The notes below the pieces were generated by a model. The model was not told the DNA's origin, searched no databases, and saw only the letters and a program-made list of their open reading frames with translations. This document shows, in pieces, positions 8,031-17,776 of a stretch of 64,000 nucleotides of DNA (its first letter is position 1; each line of letters opens with the position of its first letter). The stretch comes from Candidatus Nealsonbacteria bacterium. GTDB lineage: Bacteria > Patescibacteriota > Minisyncoccia > Minisyncoccales > MHMH01. A program made the translations under genes and the position numbers. The stretch lies in NCBI GenBank assembly GCA_016181965.1, contig JACOYH010000004.1:11761-75760 (forward strand), written 5' to 3'.

Positions 8031-9539
8031 CTACAGAGTGCCCTTTCTTTTTTCTTCAGTGAAGAAGTGGAGGATATCGCCGTCTTCGGCTTTTATATCC
8101 CCTTCAAACAAGACGCCGCATTCGTCTCCTCTTAAGGCCCTTTCGGCGTCCTTTTTATTTTTCTGGACGTTAATAATCCTGCCTCTGCCCATAAACTCTT
8201 CCCCGCGAAAGACATCGACTTGCACGCCTTTGCGCACCTCGCCGCTGACAATCTTGCCGCCAATTATTTGGCGGTTTTTCTCGCTCAAAAAAATGGCTAT
8301 GGCTTTCATTCTGCCGACTTCGGTGCGCACTTTTTCCGGCTCTAATACCTTTTCCATCATCTGCCTGACCTCCTGAATTAATTCATATATTATTTCAAAC
8401 GCCTTAATGGCAATTTCTTCTCTTTCTGCAAAGACGAGGGCGGTTGGCGCTGTTTTCACCCTAAAGCCGATAATTTTCGCTTTGCCGGATTTTGCCAGCT
8501 TCACGTCGGTTTCACTGATATCTCCTACATCGCTTTTGAGCAATCTCAAAATTACTTTTTCTTGGGGCAGTTCCTTGAGTCCCTCCGCTATGGCTTCTGC
8601 CGAGCCCCGCACATCTGTTTTGAGAATGATATTCAACGCCTTTTTGCCTTCTTCTATAACAAAAACCTCTCCCGCTTCTTCTTTTCTTTCCTTCTGGGCA
8701 ACATATTTTTGAGCGCTTTCCATGTCTTCATAAACCTCAAAGGTCTCCCCCACCTGCGGCACTGCCCCCAACCCCATAACAACCACCGGCATAGAAGGCG
8801 TGGCTTTTTCTACGCCGTCGCCTTGAAAATTTTCAAGCATTTTGAGCTTGCCAAAAACAGAACGGGTGGCGATAATATCGCCTACCCTCAAAACCCCCTC
8901 TCTCAATAAAAGAGTGGCAGTGGGACCCCTTTTGCTATCCAAGTACGACTCAATAACCACGCCCTCGCCGGGCCCCTCTTGATCTCCTTGAAAATTTTGT
9001 ATTTCTGCAACTAAGATTATTAACTCCAGGAGGTCTTCAATGCCTTTGCCTGTTTTAGCCGACACCCCTACCGCTGGCACACTGCCTCCTAATGATTCAA
9101 CTGAAATTTCCAGTTGAGCGAGATCTCTTTTAACTTTTTCTGGATTGGCCTCGGGCTTGTCGATTTTATTTATAGCGACAATTAGAGGCAGTCCGGCCTT
9201 TTTAATATGCAAAATGGCCTCTTTGGTCTGCGGCTTGACGCTTTCTTCAGCCGCCACCACCAAAATAGCAATATCAGCCACTTTCGCGCCGCGAGAGCGC
9301 ATGGCTGAAAATGCTTCGTGGCCCGGCGTATCAATAAAAGTTATGCTTTTTCCTTTATGCTCAACTTCGTAGGCGCCGATGTGCTGGGTAATGCCTCCCG
9401 ACTCCTTGGCCGTGATTTTCAAATCCTTAATTGCTTCTAAAAGAGATGACTTTCCGTGATCAACGTGCCCTAAAATAACAACAACCGGCGGTCGCGGCTG
9501 AAGATTCTTTTGATTTTGTTGTTCAAGATTATTTGCCAT
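8031..9539 (-). CDS. infB: Translation initiation factor IF-2 (short form)
   Basis: G-domain VVVILGHVDHGKSSLLEA, DTPGHEAF, NKIDK; C-terminal beta-barrel domains. Confidence 0.95.
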   Translation of the reverse strand: MANNLEQQNQKNLQPRPPVVVILGHVDHGKSSLLEAIKDLKITAKESGGITQHIGAYEVEHKGKSITFIDTPGHEAFSAMRSRGAKVADIAILVVAAEESVKPQTKEAILHIKKAGLPLIVAINKIDKPEANPEKVKRDLAQLEISVESLGGSVPAVGVSAKTGKGIEDLLELIILVAEIQNFQGDQEGPGEGVVIESYLDSKRGPTATLLLREGVLRVGDIIATRSVFGKLKMLENFQGDGVEKATPSMPVVVMGLGAVPQVGETFEVYEDMESAQKYVAQKERKEEAGEVFVIEEGKKALNIILKTDVRGSAEAIAEGLKELPQEKVILRLLKSDVGDISETDVKLAKSGKAKIIGFRVKTAPTALVFAEREEIAIKAFEIIYELIQEVRQMMEKVLEPEKVRTEVGRMKAIAIFLSEKNRQIIGGKIVSGEVRKGVQVDVFRGEEFMGRGRIINVQKNKKDAERALRGDECGVLFEGDIKAEDGDILHFFTEEKRKGTL

Positions 9540-9870
9540 TGTTTGTTTTTAAGGCCTCGTCTATTGCTTTTCTCTCTTCCGTTGAAAGTTGATATTGCGA
9601 CTTTCCTTGATTGACTGGTTTTGCGTAGACCCGGTTGGCTTCTCTGCCGTAATGCGAGGTAATAACAAAACCATCATTATTTTCATTCAACACAGCAATA
9701 CAAAAACTCTGGTCCCCCCCAATCTCGCCAAAAGGATTAAAGCGCACCAAGCCCACCTTTTGCAAACTGCCCTTATTCTTTCTCATTTCCCCCTCCAGCG
9801 CCTCAAGCCGCTTGATTATGTCCTTGGGATAGTCCCCTTCTTTTCGATTGCTTTTTGAGAAAAACATCAT
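9529..9870 (-). CDS. Hypothetical protein upstream of, and overlapping, infB
   Basis: ORF only; 11-nt overlap with the infB start suggests co-transcription. Confidence 0.4.
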   Translation of the reverse strand: MMFFSKSNRKEGDYPKDIIKRLEALEGEMRKNKGSLQKVGLVRFNPFGEIGGDQSFCIAVLNENNDGFVITSHYGREANRVYAKPVNQGKSQYQLSTEERKAIDEALKTNNGK

Positions 9871-9940
9871 TGCTCAAAATTATACGCCATTCACAGTAAT
9901 TTTACAAGAAATTTTCGCTCTGATATTTGGGATGTCCAAA

Positions 9941-9961
9941 TACACGGGTGTCACCCGTGTA
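9941..9961. repeat. Palindrome TACACGGGTGTCACCCGTGTA (terminator-like); near-identical copy at 31374-31394
   Basis: Perfect 10-bp arms with a 1-nt loop; recurs elsewhere in the window. Confidence 0.6.
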
Positions 9962-9974
9962 TCAGATTATTACT

Positions 9975-10211
9975 TCAGTACGTCGTATCGCTTCTCCTCT
10001 CGAGTGATAGAATAAAGATATTGTTTTTTATATCCGTTCGATAAATAATCCTTATTTTGCCCTTGCGGATTCTAAAGACATCGTCCCGGCCTTTTAATTT
10101 TTTAATGTTAAGATTCTCTATCCGCCGATTTTTTAATTTAGTTAGAATTTCTTTAATCTTTTTTCGTTCTTTTCCGGTCAGTTTTCCCAAAGCTTTTTGA
10201 ACTTTATCCAT
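9975..10211 (-). CDS. RelE/ParE-family toxin
   Basis: C-terminal FRIRKGKIRIIYRTD...IFILSLERRSD pattern typical of RelE/ParE; downstream of an antitoxin gene. Confidence 0.65.
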   Translation of the reverse strand: MDKVQKALGKLTGKERKKIKEILTKLKNRRIENLNIKKLKGRDDVFRIRKGKIRIIYRTDIKNNIFILSLERRSDTTY

Positions 10212-10215
10212 ATCC

Positions 10216-10446
10216 CTAAAGACGGGCGAGGAGTTGATCTATATTAATTCCACCCTTCTTTATTTTGGTAAAATCAATGACCTGCTCCCATAGTTCGTCT
10301 GCTTCCGCCGGAGAAGATATTTTAAATACCGGTCTCGACTTCCTAACCACCACAAAAGATTTCCCCCTTTCTACGGCTTTAATGTAAGTATCCGTATTCT
10401 CTCTTAATTCTTTAAGGCCAACGATGGTTTGGTTATAGTTTTTCAT
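10216..10446 (-). CDS. Phd/YefM-family antitoxin
   Basis: Small acidic protein; N-terminal IVGLKELRENTDTYIKAVERGKSFVV pattern; 4-nt gap to the toxin gene; TTGACA-N17-TAAAAT promoter upstream. Confidence 0.65.
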   Translation of the reverse strand: MKNYNQTIVGLKELRENTDTYIKAVERGKSFVVVRKSRPVFKISSPAEADELWEQVIDFTKIKKGGINIDQLLARL

Positions 10447-10600
10447 AATAATAAAGTTAATCTTAAGTTCAACTTAATTTTAACTCTTCTGAAAGTGTTG
10501 TCAAGCGGTTCAACTGGCGGGCCACTCGGGTCGCCACTATCTCTCGGTCATTCCTCCTTCGCTAAAGCTACGGACGGGTAAAGCGGGTTGTGCCGATAAG

Positions 10601-10852
10601 TTAATTTAGATAATTTTTTAAAAGCTTTTTGATGCTTCTGAAGCCCCAGCCGGACTTCAAGTATAATTCTCTGTTTTTTGCGTCTCTTTGATTAAGAAAA
10701 GATTCATAAAATATAAGTTTATACGGACGGAATGGTTTTGTCGCAAGACTTCTGCCGTCGTTGTGCTCTTTAAATCTCTTCTTTAGATCGTTTGTATAAC
10801 CGATATACAGCGATCTGTTTTTCAAGCTTTGAAGAATATAAACGTAAAACAT
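10601..10852 (-). CDS. GIY-YIG nuclease-family protein (UPF0213-like)
   Basis: YVYILQS...LYIGYTNDLKKRFKEHN motif. Confidence 0.8.
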   Translation of the reverse strand: MFYVYILQSLKNRSLYIGYTNDLKKRFKEHNDGRSLATKPFRPYKLIFYESFLNQRDAKNRELYLKSGWGFRSIKKLLKNYLN

Positions 10853-10935
10853 ATTGAAGGCGAAACGTACAAATTTCTACTGAAATTTTACGTTTCAGCA
10901 GCGTTTAAATTTTTCTTAAAAAATTTATTACGCTG

Positions 10936-11022
10936 CGGTGGGGGTGGGATTCGAACCCACGATACCCTTGCGGGTATAGCAGTTTTCGAAACTGCCCGAT
11001 TCAACCACTCTCGCACCCCACC
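10936..11022 (-). tRNA. tRNA-Ser (CGA), type II, G73 discriminator
   Basis: Acceptor ggtgggg/ccccacc, 3-bp D-stem, anticodon loop ttcgaaa, long variable hairpin. Confidence 0.75.
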
Positions 11023-11144
11023 TAATCAGTTTTTAATTATAAACAAAATGTCCGGAGTTGTAAACGCGCGCATTCTTGTAAAATCAATATATTTATGTAA
11101 ACATAGCGAAACGAGAAGTATTCTTTAATAAATGAGGACGAATA

Positions 11145-11618
11145 ATGCAGACATGGTTTTACTTGGCAGCCGCTGGCGCTGTTTCTGCCGTATTCTTTAT
11201 ATTCCTTTCTGGTATGTCTCAAAAAAGAAGTTTAGGCGTTATTGCGATGTTTATCTTTACTTTGCTGGCTTCAGCCGCCGTGGGTTATGGGCTCTACGGC
11301 GCCCATCTCGAAGCAAAGGAAAACTTAGGCAAACCTATTATAGAATTTCAAGAAGGCGAGTATGAGATATTTTGGATAGCTGAAAATACCCAAGATAATA
11401 AAGTTTATTTGATTGCTGAAAAAATAGAAAATCCGCCAAAACAAGGCATTCGCTTCTACCGCATAGATCCCTCCGATCCTTTTCTAAAAAAAATGAGGGA
11501 GGCCTTGGGGGGTGGTCAAGGGATGCGCCTCAAAATGGAAAAAAATGAAGAGGGCGAACTTGAGCCATCTATCCATCCCCAACCGCCGGAGCCCCTCCCG
11601 CCCAAATCAGAACAATAA
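11145..11618 (+). CDS. Hypothetical membrane protein with Pro-rich C-terminus
   Basis: Two N-terminal TM segments; ORF followed by a strong terminator. Confidence 0.45.
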   Translation: MQTWFYLAAAGAVSAVFFIFLSGMSQKRSLGVIAMFIFTLLASAAVGYGLYGAHLEAKENLGKPIIEFQEGEYEIFWIAENTQDNKVYLIAEKIENPPKQGIRFYRIDPSDPFLKKMREALGGGQGMRLKMEKNEEGELEPSIHPQPPEPLPPKSEQ

Positions 11619-11621
11619 TCA

Positions 11622-11655
11622 AAAACCCCTGTTAATAACTATTACAGGGGTTTTA
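11622..11655. terminator. Rho-independent terminator (bidirectional)
   Basis: aaaacccctgt...acaggggtttt hairpin flanked by A/T runs, between convergent genes. Confidence 0.7.
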
Positions 11656-12249
11656 TCTGAACTTTTTTTTGTTACGAACTGCAATAAAACTATTATTAGC
11701 GCTGCCGGGAACCAAGTTATGGGCATCATCTAGCCGGAAGTGCACCGCAGTCAATTCTTGGCCAACTGCATTCATGGCAATGGTTCCCTTAAAAACCATG
11801 GAAACGCCCGTTGGGGAATATAAGATTACGGTTACTCCTACGGGCACATCTCCTGTGCCGCTGTGGTAGGCGTAGAAATGAAGATTAATAATATACTCTC
11901 CTTCTGTTAAATCGCGGCCCAATGCGAATTCATAATTAAAGTTCTCGTAAGTACCGGCGCCAAGATCGTCGCGCAGATAGGAAAAAATTGAGCTCCCTTT
12001 GTGCGAATACCCTACCGGCTGGCCATCGGGCCCTTCAACCCAAAGGTCAATATCCTGAGAATAATCCGGTGGCCATTCAATCGTGACCATTAAGCCGCCT
12101 GGAACCGGGAGATCGGGCTTTGCGGGTTTTTCTTTTGATACGGGCAATAATGAAAGCAGTAAGACAAGCATGATAAAGAAAAAAGCGATGGAAAGCGGCG
12201 GATCAACAAAGCGAAAAGGAGAATCTTGGTTATTGCCCGCTATCTTCAT
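11653..12249 (-). CDS. Single-pass membrane protein coupled to the MotA/ExbB-like gene (possible divergent ExbD/TolR/MotB-like partner)
   Basis: N-terminal ...FVDPPLSIAFFFIMLVLLLSLL TM with an Asp at the TM boundary; beta-rich exo-domain without an OmpA-like motif; 20-nt overlap with the upstream gene. Confidence 0.4.
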   Translation of the reverse strand: MKIAGNNQDSPFRFVDPPLSIAFFFIMLVLLLSLLPVSKEKPAKPDLPVPGGLMVTIEWPPDYSQDIDLWVEGPDGQPVGYSHKGSSIFSYLRDDLGAGTYENFNYEFALGRDLTEGEYIINLHFYAYHSGTGDVPVGVTVILYSPTGVSMVFKGTIAMNAVGQELTAVHFRLDDAHNLVPGSANNSFIAVRNKKKFR

Positions 12250-12778
12250 TGTGCCGCTCCCATTTAGATAATAGATTCAAACAGGTGCTCTTGAATATCA
12301 AGTGCAAAAGTTCCAAAAAAACCGAGCCGACCAAGCCAATTATGGTGGTGAGAAAAGCAGTGCTCATGCCGCCGAGGGCTCCCTGAATATAGACCCTTAT
12401 AACCGCTATTTCTTCCTCTGACGAAAGCAGGGTGCCGAGAGAAATGGTGACCATCAAAATGCCCACTAATGTGCCCATGAAGCCCAGAGCAACAAGCGTC
12501 CGACTAAAAAAATAAGATCTTTCTTCTTTTCTTGCAACAATCATCTCGAAGTCAGCTGAGCGGTAACTGGAAATAAGTTTCGTGATCCAGATTATGTCGA
12601 TTAGGGAAAACGCCCAGCCAATCATGAATACCAAAATAATCAGGAAACTGATGTAAGTTTTATCAAGCTCTGGTATCTTTTGCCAGTAACCAGAAACTAA
12701 AGCGCCGGCCATTCCCACCAAGAAAAGGCCGGAGAAAAAAAGCCACAGAAAAAGATGGGAAAACTTACCGAGTCTCAT
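12230..12778 (-). CDS. MotA/TolQ/ExbB-family proton channel (minimal, 4 TM)
   Basis: ALGFMGTLVGI and ALGGMSTAFLTTIIGL motifs in TM3/TM4, matching the family pattern. Confidence 0.65.
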   Translation of the reverse strand: MRLGKFSHLFLWLFFSGLFLVGMAGALVSGYWQKIPELDKTYISFLIILVFMIGWAFSLIDIIWITKLISSYRSADFEMIVARKEERSYFFSRTLVALGFMGTLVGILMVTISLGTLLSSEEEIAVIRVYIQGALGGMSTAFLTTIIGLVGSVFLELLHLIFKSTCLNLLSKWERHNEDSGQ

Positions 12779-12807
12779 CTTGCGCCCTCCCTTTTGTTGT
12801 CAAAGAA

Positions 12808-13257
12808 CTATCCCTTCCCTATGGCCTCACAGCGATCTGCCATGGCGGCCAATTCTTCTTCCGACAGAACCTGCTGGGCCAACGGATACAGAATGTCGTT
12901 CTCTTTGGCGATATGCTCTCTAAGAAGAGAAATAATATTAGCGGCCGCTTCTATTTTGCCGGCGGCTAACTCCTTCACATATCCCCTCTTTGTCTCGTGC
13001 TCCATCAACATAACGCCGATAGGACCGCCTTGGTTGGGAATACCCTTTCTCTCCAAAGCAGGAAACAGCACTTCTTCCTCTTTGTGGTGATGCGGCTCGG
13101 CAAAGTTTGCGGTAAACTTCAAAAACTCCTTGGCGTAGCCAGCCGGGTCTGCTTCCAATTTGACCAATTCGGCCAGAATGATTTCGTGGTCAGCTTTTAA
13201 CTCCTCTATGCAATTATGATGGCGGCAACAATGCGACATATGAGAATATGTTACCAA
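12808..13257 (-). CDS. Hemerythrin HHE cation-binding domain protein
   Basis: H..E...HHHKEEEVLFP and MEHE...H motifs. Confidence 0.65.
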   Translation of the reverse strand: MVTYSHMSHCCRHHNCIEELKADHEIILAELVKLEADPAGYAKEFLKFTANFAEPHHHKEEEVLFPALERKGIPNQGGPIGVMLMEHETKRGYVKELAAGKIEAAANIISLLREHIAKENDILYPLAQQVLSEEELAAMADRCEAIGKG

Positions 13258-13302
13258 ACCGCCCGCTCGCTGGCAAGTCCGCTGAACGAGGTTTAATGGC
13301 TG

Positions 13303-13689
13303 TTAAAACTGTTTCTCTCCTTCTATGAGAATACACCGATTATTACTGCATTTCGGTTCCGAGTTTATGCAAGTCCAATCCATTGATATTACAGCAGGAC
13401 AAAATGTTTTAGGAAACCGAAGATTCCACTCATTGATATATTTTCCGTTAATTGCCGTGGCTGTGCCCCCAGCGCTACACCCGCAACCGTCGGCATTAAC
13501 CCAAACACAATCAGCGTCTGTGCCGCATGAATAGAAATCCGGAAGTTTTGGCTCTGGTTTTAGAGGATCGATAATCTGAATATCGCTTAAAGAACCATTT
13601 TTGAACAAAGAATATAAAAGCGCAACGGCAAGCGCGAGAAAAACCAGTCCGATTAACTTGATACGTTTAGATAAAAATATTTTCTTCAT
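13303..13689 (-). CDS. Small secreted Cys-rich protein
   Basis: Signal peptide/TM, more than 10 Cys in 128 aa. Confidence 0.45.
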   Translation of the reverse strand: MKKIFLSKRIKLIGLVFLALAVALLYSLFKNGSLSDIQIIDPLKPEPKLPDFYSCGTDADCVWVNADGCGCSAGGTATAINGKYINEWNLRFPKTFCPAVISMDWTCINSEPKCSNNRCILIEGEKQF

Positions 13690-13707
13690 ATTATTTTGAT
13701 TATTTTA

Positions 13708-16446
13708 TTATTTTACGCAATCTTTTACGCAGATGCCAATATCTGTTCTCCTGCCGCCACGAAGAGCAGTATCAGAGATGGGAAGGACTTCGCATCTTAA
13801 CCCGGGTTGGCATGAATCATTCTGGCAAAAGTCATTGATGCCTCCTTTGCTGCATACTCCAAAGATTCTATTTTGATATGTAACCTTTGGATTGCCAATA
13901 CATTTCAGGTCCTGTTGGCAATCACCATCTTCAGCGCACCAATATCCCTGCTTGCCTTCGCTACAAGAACCTTTTGTTTTTAACAAAGGGTCGGTTACTT
14001 TTAGCGCGCAAACAGTGCCCTCTCTGCAAGGGCCAAATTCGTCGTCGAGGCCGCAATAATTATCCTCTTGGTTCTTTATGTCAGCAGATCCCTTATACCC
14101 ACAAACGCCGTTTACTGAACAAAATAAACCAGGGTCACAGGTGTCTAGAGGTTTCCCTTGAAGTATACTTACAATATCACATTGCGCTCCAACTCCCCCA
14201 TCATTGCAAAGATAATTGACGCATTCCAAATCATTTTGACATCCTGAATCGGTCAGACAAAAATTACCCGATAAGCCCTCACCGCATCTTTTTGTTACAG
14301 AATTGCATATCAAACCGGACTGGCAATCGCTGTCAGAAGAACATTCATTGCCTGCTTCGCCGCAAGTGATTTTTTGGGCTTCGTCTTGAGTCTCTTTTTG
14401 AGGTTTATAAAGATAAACCGAAATCTCGCGGACGGCTTTATCCCCCGTTTTGGAAAAATTTGGCGTCAAACCAAAGGCATTAAAAATCGGTAAACTAATT
14501 TTAGCAAAAACCGTTAAGCGAATTTGATAATTTCCTTCCTTGAGATTGCTTGCGTTCCACATACCCAAATCCCCTTTGATCACTCTTTGTGAACTTTGGG
14601 CAATTGTTTGCCAGCCATTTTGTGGATCAGCGCCTTCGGCAAGGTATTCTACTTTATAATTTTCAAGTTCGGATGCGCTGGCAGTGCCTTTAATGGCAAT
14701 AGGGTCGGCAAGATCAACTCCTGCATTTATAACAGGATCTGAAATTTCAGCGATTGGCAGACAATCTTCACTAACATCTTCCAACAGCAGTGTTTTGTAA
14801 GCATTGATTCTGCCAAAACCGTATTTTTCGTCCCATCCCGGATCTCCTTTGTCATCGGCTCCTTGAATTATGGCGCAGCGGATTTTTTTATTATTCCAGG
14901 CAGGATGTAATGATTTAACCAACGCAGCCAGTCCGGCCACATGAGGAGCAGCCATAGATGTGCCAGCCATAAGAATATGATTATCGTCAACTTTATAGCT
15001 GACACCTAAAAAAACAAGAGTATTAAGATCCATTTGAGTTGAGCCTGTAGAAAGAAGGTTCATTGATATGGGGCCTCCTCCGGGCGCAGCTACTGTTATA
15101 GCGGAACCAAAGTTAGAATAACCAGTAAAATTATCATCGTTACCAACCGCGGAAACCACAATTGCATCAGAATTATTTGCGGGAGCTTGGTCAGTAATGC
15201 GGGCACCGCTATTTCCCGCTGCAGCGACGAAAACTACATTATCAGAGCTAACCAATTTACTTACTGTTGCGTTCATTACATGAGAACCAAAAGATATTTC
15301 CTGACTAAAGTTGATAATTTTTGCATTGTCACCTAATGCATGAAAAGCCAAATTTGCAACATCGAGCGCGGTAAATTCACTCCAAACACGTGATAAAAGA
15401 TCTAACACGAAGATCAGTGCGGGGTTGGGGCTTTCTCCAGATTCTGTGGGGATTTTAAATGGGTAAAGTTTGTCCGGCGGTATTTTGGGACAAGGATGTA
15501 AGGTAAGCGGCATAATTTTTACTTTTGGAGCAACTCCGATTATGCCAAAATCGTCATCGCGTGCTGCAATGATACCAGCTACATGAGTTCCGTGCGCATC
15601 ACAATCGCCCGTAAAACCGTGTTTTAGAGGACCTAGAGGGCCGCTCCATCCTTCTATTACATTTCCTTCCAAGTCCGGGCTTAAGTGATCAACGCCAGTA
15701 TCTATCACAGCAACCGTCACGCTTGGATCGCCTTTTGTAATTTCCCATGCTTTGGGCATACCAATTTGCTTTAAATTCCACAAATCATCATAATCCTGTC
15801 CCCAAGAACCTTTTGAAGAAAAGTAAGGATCGTTGGGGGTATAATCAGTGGCTTGCGCGTAATAGTTAGGTTCGGCAAATTGGATATTTGGGTCTTTTTG
15901 CAAGTCGGTCATTAATGCCAAAATATCGGTGTTTTCCGACATTTTGAGAAGATAGACATTTCCCAATACTTCGTTGTCGGCAAAGGGCCTCATCAAGCTG
16001 GTTGCCTGATAATTTGTGAAAATATCAAGCAAAGAAGAAGGATTTGTTTTATCTAAAATTTTAATCTCCGCTTCCGTCTGAACTGGCTTTCCATCTGCCG
16101 TTAACTTCCCTGTTTTTAATCCGAAGATTATTGTTCCTTTTTCAAAGTCCTCGCCGGCAACAGGTTTTTGACCGTAAGCATTCACTGTCTCTCTTGTTAT
16201 GGGAATATTAACAACATGAGGCTGAAATTTTTCTTTGTTTTTAATAAAAAAAATCGTTGTTAGAAACAACAAAGCGATTGTTATCGTAGCAAGTATTATC
16301 TTTTTCTTTCTGCCTATTCCGGAAATCTGCTGTTGACTTAGTGTTTTCGGCGCTTCAGGCGTTGATACATTAAAAATCTCACCGCACTTAATGCAGAACC
16401 TGGAGTGATCAGAATTCTGAGATTGGCATTTGGGGCAAAGCAACAT
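13708..16446 (-). CDS. Subtilisin-like serine protease (S8) with N-terminal zinc ribbon, TM anchor and C-terminal Cys-rich repeats
   Basis: CPKC...CIKCG ribbon; VAVIDTGVDH (Asp), HGTHVAGII (His), GTSMAAPHVAGLAAL (Ser); repeated DCQ.GL.C modules. Confidence 0.85.
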   Translation of the reverse strand: MLLCPKCQSQNSDHSRFCIKCGEIFNVSTPEAPKTLSQQQISGIGRKKKIILATITIALLFLTTIFFIKNKEKFQPHVVNIPITRETVNAYGQKPVAGEDFEKGTIIFGLKTGKLTADGKPVQTEAEIKILDKTNPSSLLDIFTNYQATSLMRPFADNEVLGNVYLLKMSENTDILALMTDLQKDPNIQFAEPNYYAQATDYTPNDPYFSSKGSWGQDYDDLWNLKQIGMPKAWEITKGDPSVTVAVIDTGVDHLSPDLEGNVIEGWSGPLGPLKHGFTGDCDAHGTHVAGIIAARDDDFGIIGVAPKVKIMPLTLHPCPKIPPDKLYPFKIPTESGESPNPALIFVLDLLSRVWSEFTALDVANLAFHALGDNAKIINFSQEISFGSHVMNATVSKLVSSDNVVFVAAAGNSGARITDQAPANNSDAIVVSAVGNDDNFTGYSNFGSAITVAAPGGGPISMNLLSTGSTQMDLNTLVFLGVSYKVDDNHILMAGTSMAAPHVAGLAALVKSLHPAWNNKKIRCAIIQGADDKGDPGWDEKYGFGRINAYKTLLLEDVSEDCLPIAEISDPVINAGVDLADPIAIKGTASASELENYKVEYLAEGADPQNGWQTIAQSSQRVIKGDLGMWNASNLKEGNYQIRLTVFAKISLPIFNAFGLTPNFSKTGDKAVREISVYLYKPQKETQDEAQKITCGEAGNECSSDSDCQSGLICNSVTKRCGEGLSGNFCLTDSGCQNDLECVNYLCNDGGVGAQCDIVSILQGKPLDTCDPGLFCSVNGVCGYKGSADIKNQEDNYCGLDDEFGPCREGTVCALKVTDPLLKTKGSCSEGKQGYWCAEDGDCQQDLKCIGNPKVTYQNRIFGVCSKGGINDFCQNDSCQPGLRCEVLPISDTALRGGRRTDIGICVKDCVK

Positions 16447-16453
16447 TTAAAAA

Positions 16454-16594
16454 TTAATCATTTTTATTCATGGCCAAAGGGATGATAACTAAAATGCTAA
16501 GATAGGATATAATGGCCATCCACATATTGGAGTTCTGGCCCTGCGGTGTGGATGCAGGCGCTTGCGGCGTTTGCGATGTTTGATTTGGTTCCAT
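16454..16594 (-). CDS. Unlisted 46-aa membrane ORF, N-terminal paralog fragment of the protein encoded at 17777-18127
   Basis: Own translation: MEPNQTSQTPQAPASTPQGQNSNMWMAIISYLSILVIIPLAMNKND; shares the QAP...TM...KND pattern with ORF 17777. Confidence 0.4.
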   Translation of the reverse strand: MEPNQTSQTPQAPASTPQGQNSNMWMAIISYLSILVIIPLAMNKND

Positions 16595-16621
16595 ATTTTT
16601 TAATTTAATTATAATTAGTTA

Positions 16622-17041
16622 TTATTTTGATTCGCAGAAAACAAACCTTCGCGCGGCATCCGTATGATATTCATATTTTTTTTGCTGATAAAGAAAAACC
16701 ACCTTCTGACCAGATTCTATAGCTTGTGTATAAAATTCTCCCTCTTTCGGACAACCCAAAGAACTATCACTCCACCACTGACCTGATAACTCTTCGACAA
16801 TAATCTGCGATGCGTCTACCTTGAGAGTTGCTGCCAAGTCTTGCCTGGCTGACGCTACCACCGCCGGAAGATCTTTAGTTGTAGTGTCGGAAGTTGGCGC
16901 AGGGCTTAACGTAGATTTTTTTGATTCCGTTATCAGGCCTTGCTGCCAACCAAAAATACCCAGGAAAAAAACCGCTGTGATAATAATAGCCATTATACTT
17001 GTTGATGTCGGGATATTTTTTTTGAGATATTTAAAATTCAT
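16622..17041 (-). CDS. Hypothetical membrane-anchored exported protein
   Basis: N-terminal TM, no recognisable motif. Confidence 0.4.
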   Translation of the reverse strand: MNFKYLKKNIPTSTSIMAIIITAVFFLGIFGWQQGLITESKKSTLSPAPTSDTTTKDLPAVVASARQDLAATLKVDASQIIVEELSGQWWSDSSLGCPKEGEFYTQAIESGQKVVFLYQQKKYEYHTDAARRFVFCESK

Positions 17042-17110
17042 ATTTTTATTTTAATCTAACTTATTATTTGAACATTACACTATAATATATCACAAACATT
17101 AATTATTGTT

Positions 17111-17620
17111 TTACTGAATTATTGCGTCTATCGCTATTTCGTCTTTTTTCGGGTCTAAAATAACCAACACGGTTGCTGTTCTTTTGTCTTTCTTATACTT
17201 GAATTGAGCACCTACTGCATGATCAACGAATTCGGTTTGGGCCCAGCCATTTTTAATCATTTCTGCTTTGTAAAAATCAATAACTTTAGACAACTGGTCA
17301 CTGCCCGAAACCAGCCAAATTGTTCTTATGCCGTCATTTTTACTCGACGAAGAAAAAACAACTTTAGCAGCGGGATATTGGGGAATATCGGATGGAAAAT
17401 CAGGCACAAGCTGAGCTCCCTGTCCGGCGCTTGCTTGCTGATCTTCGTCTTTAATGTTGACTGTATTAGTTACGGGATTGAACGTTCCTTTTGATCCAAA
17501 GATTTTAAAAAAAATGACTTGCGGCATCAGATACGAAACAGCCGCAGTGCCAACGATAAATATCACGACGATAATGACTATCAACTTTAATTTGGAGGAC
17601 CCCGTGTTTTGCATATCCAT
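17111..17620 (-). CDS. Hypothetical membrane-anchored exported protein
   Basis: N-terminal TM, no recognisable motif. Confidence 0.4.
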   Translation of the reverse strand: MDMQNTGSSKLKLIVIIVVIFIVGTAAVSYLMPQVIFFKIFGSKGTFNPVTNTVNIKDEDQQASAGQGAQLVPDFPSDIPQYPAAKVVFSSSSKNDGIRTIWLVSGSDQLSKVIDFYKAEMIKNGWAQTEFVDHAVGAQFKYKKDKRTATVLVILDPKKDEIAIDAIIQ

Positions 17621-17776
17621 GTTTTTAATTATTTATATTACTTATCTTATCTTTATTATAGAGCATACCGCGGAAAAGCGCCCGAATAGTTTTGCACACC
17701 TGCGTAAGCCATAACCTAATCTTGTGCCCAAGAATGTGGTATAATAAGTTTATTATAATAACTAACTTAAAAACAT

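Noticed and set aside
8407-9372. Antisense or off-frame ORFs inside infB, hppA (36026-37090), pilB (28185-29270), the subtilase gene (13887-14219), pnp (45507-46445) and elsewhere
   Set aside because: Embedded in strongly supported conserved genes and lacking motifs; treated as noise
10480-10600. GC-rich patch upstream of the toxin-antitoxin operon considered as a small ORF or sRNA
   Set aside because: No ORF with RBS is present; the region contains the TTGACA-N17-TAAAAT promoter of the TA operon, and the rest is too short to assess for structure
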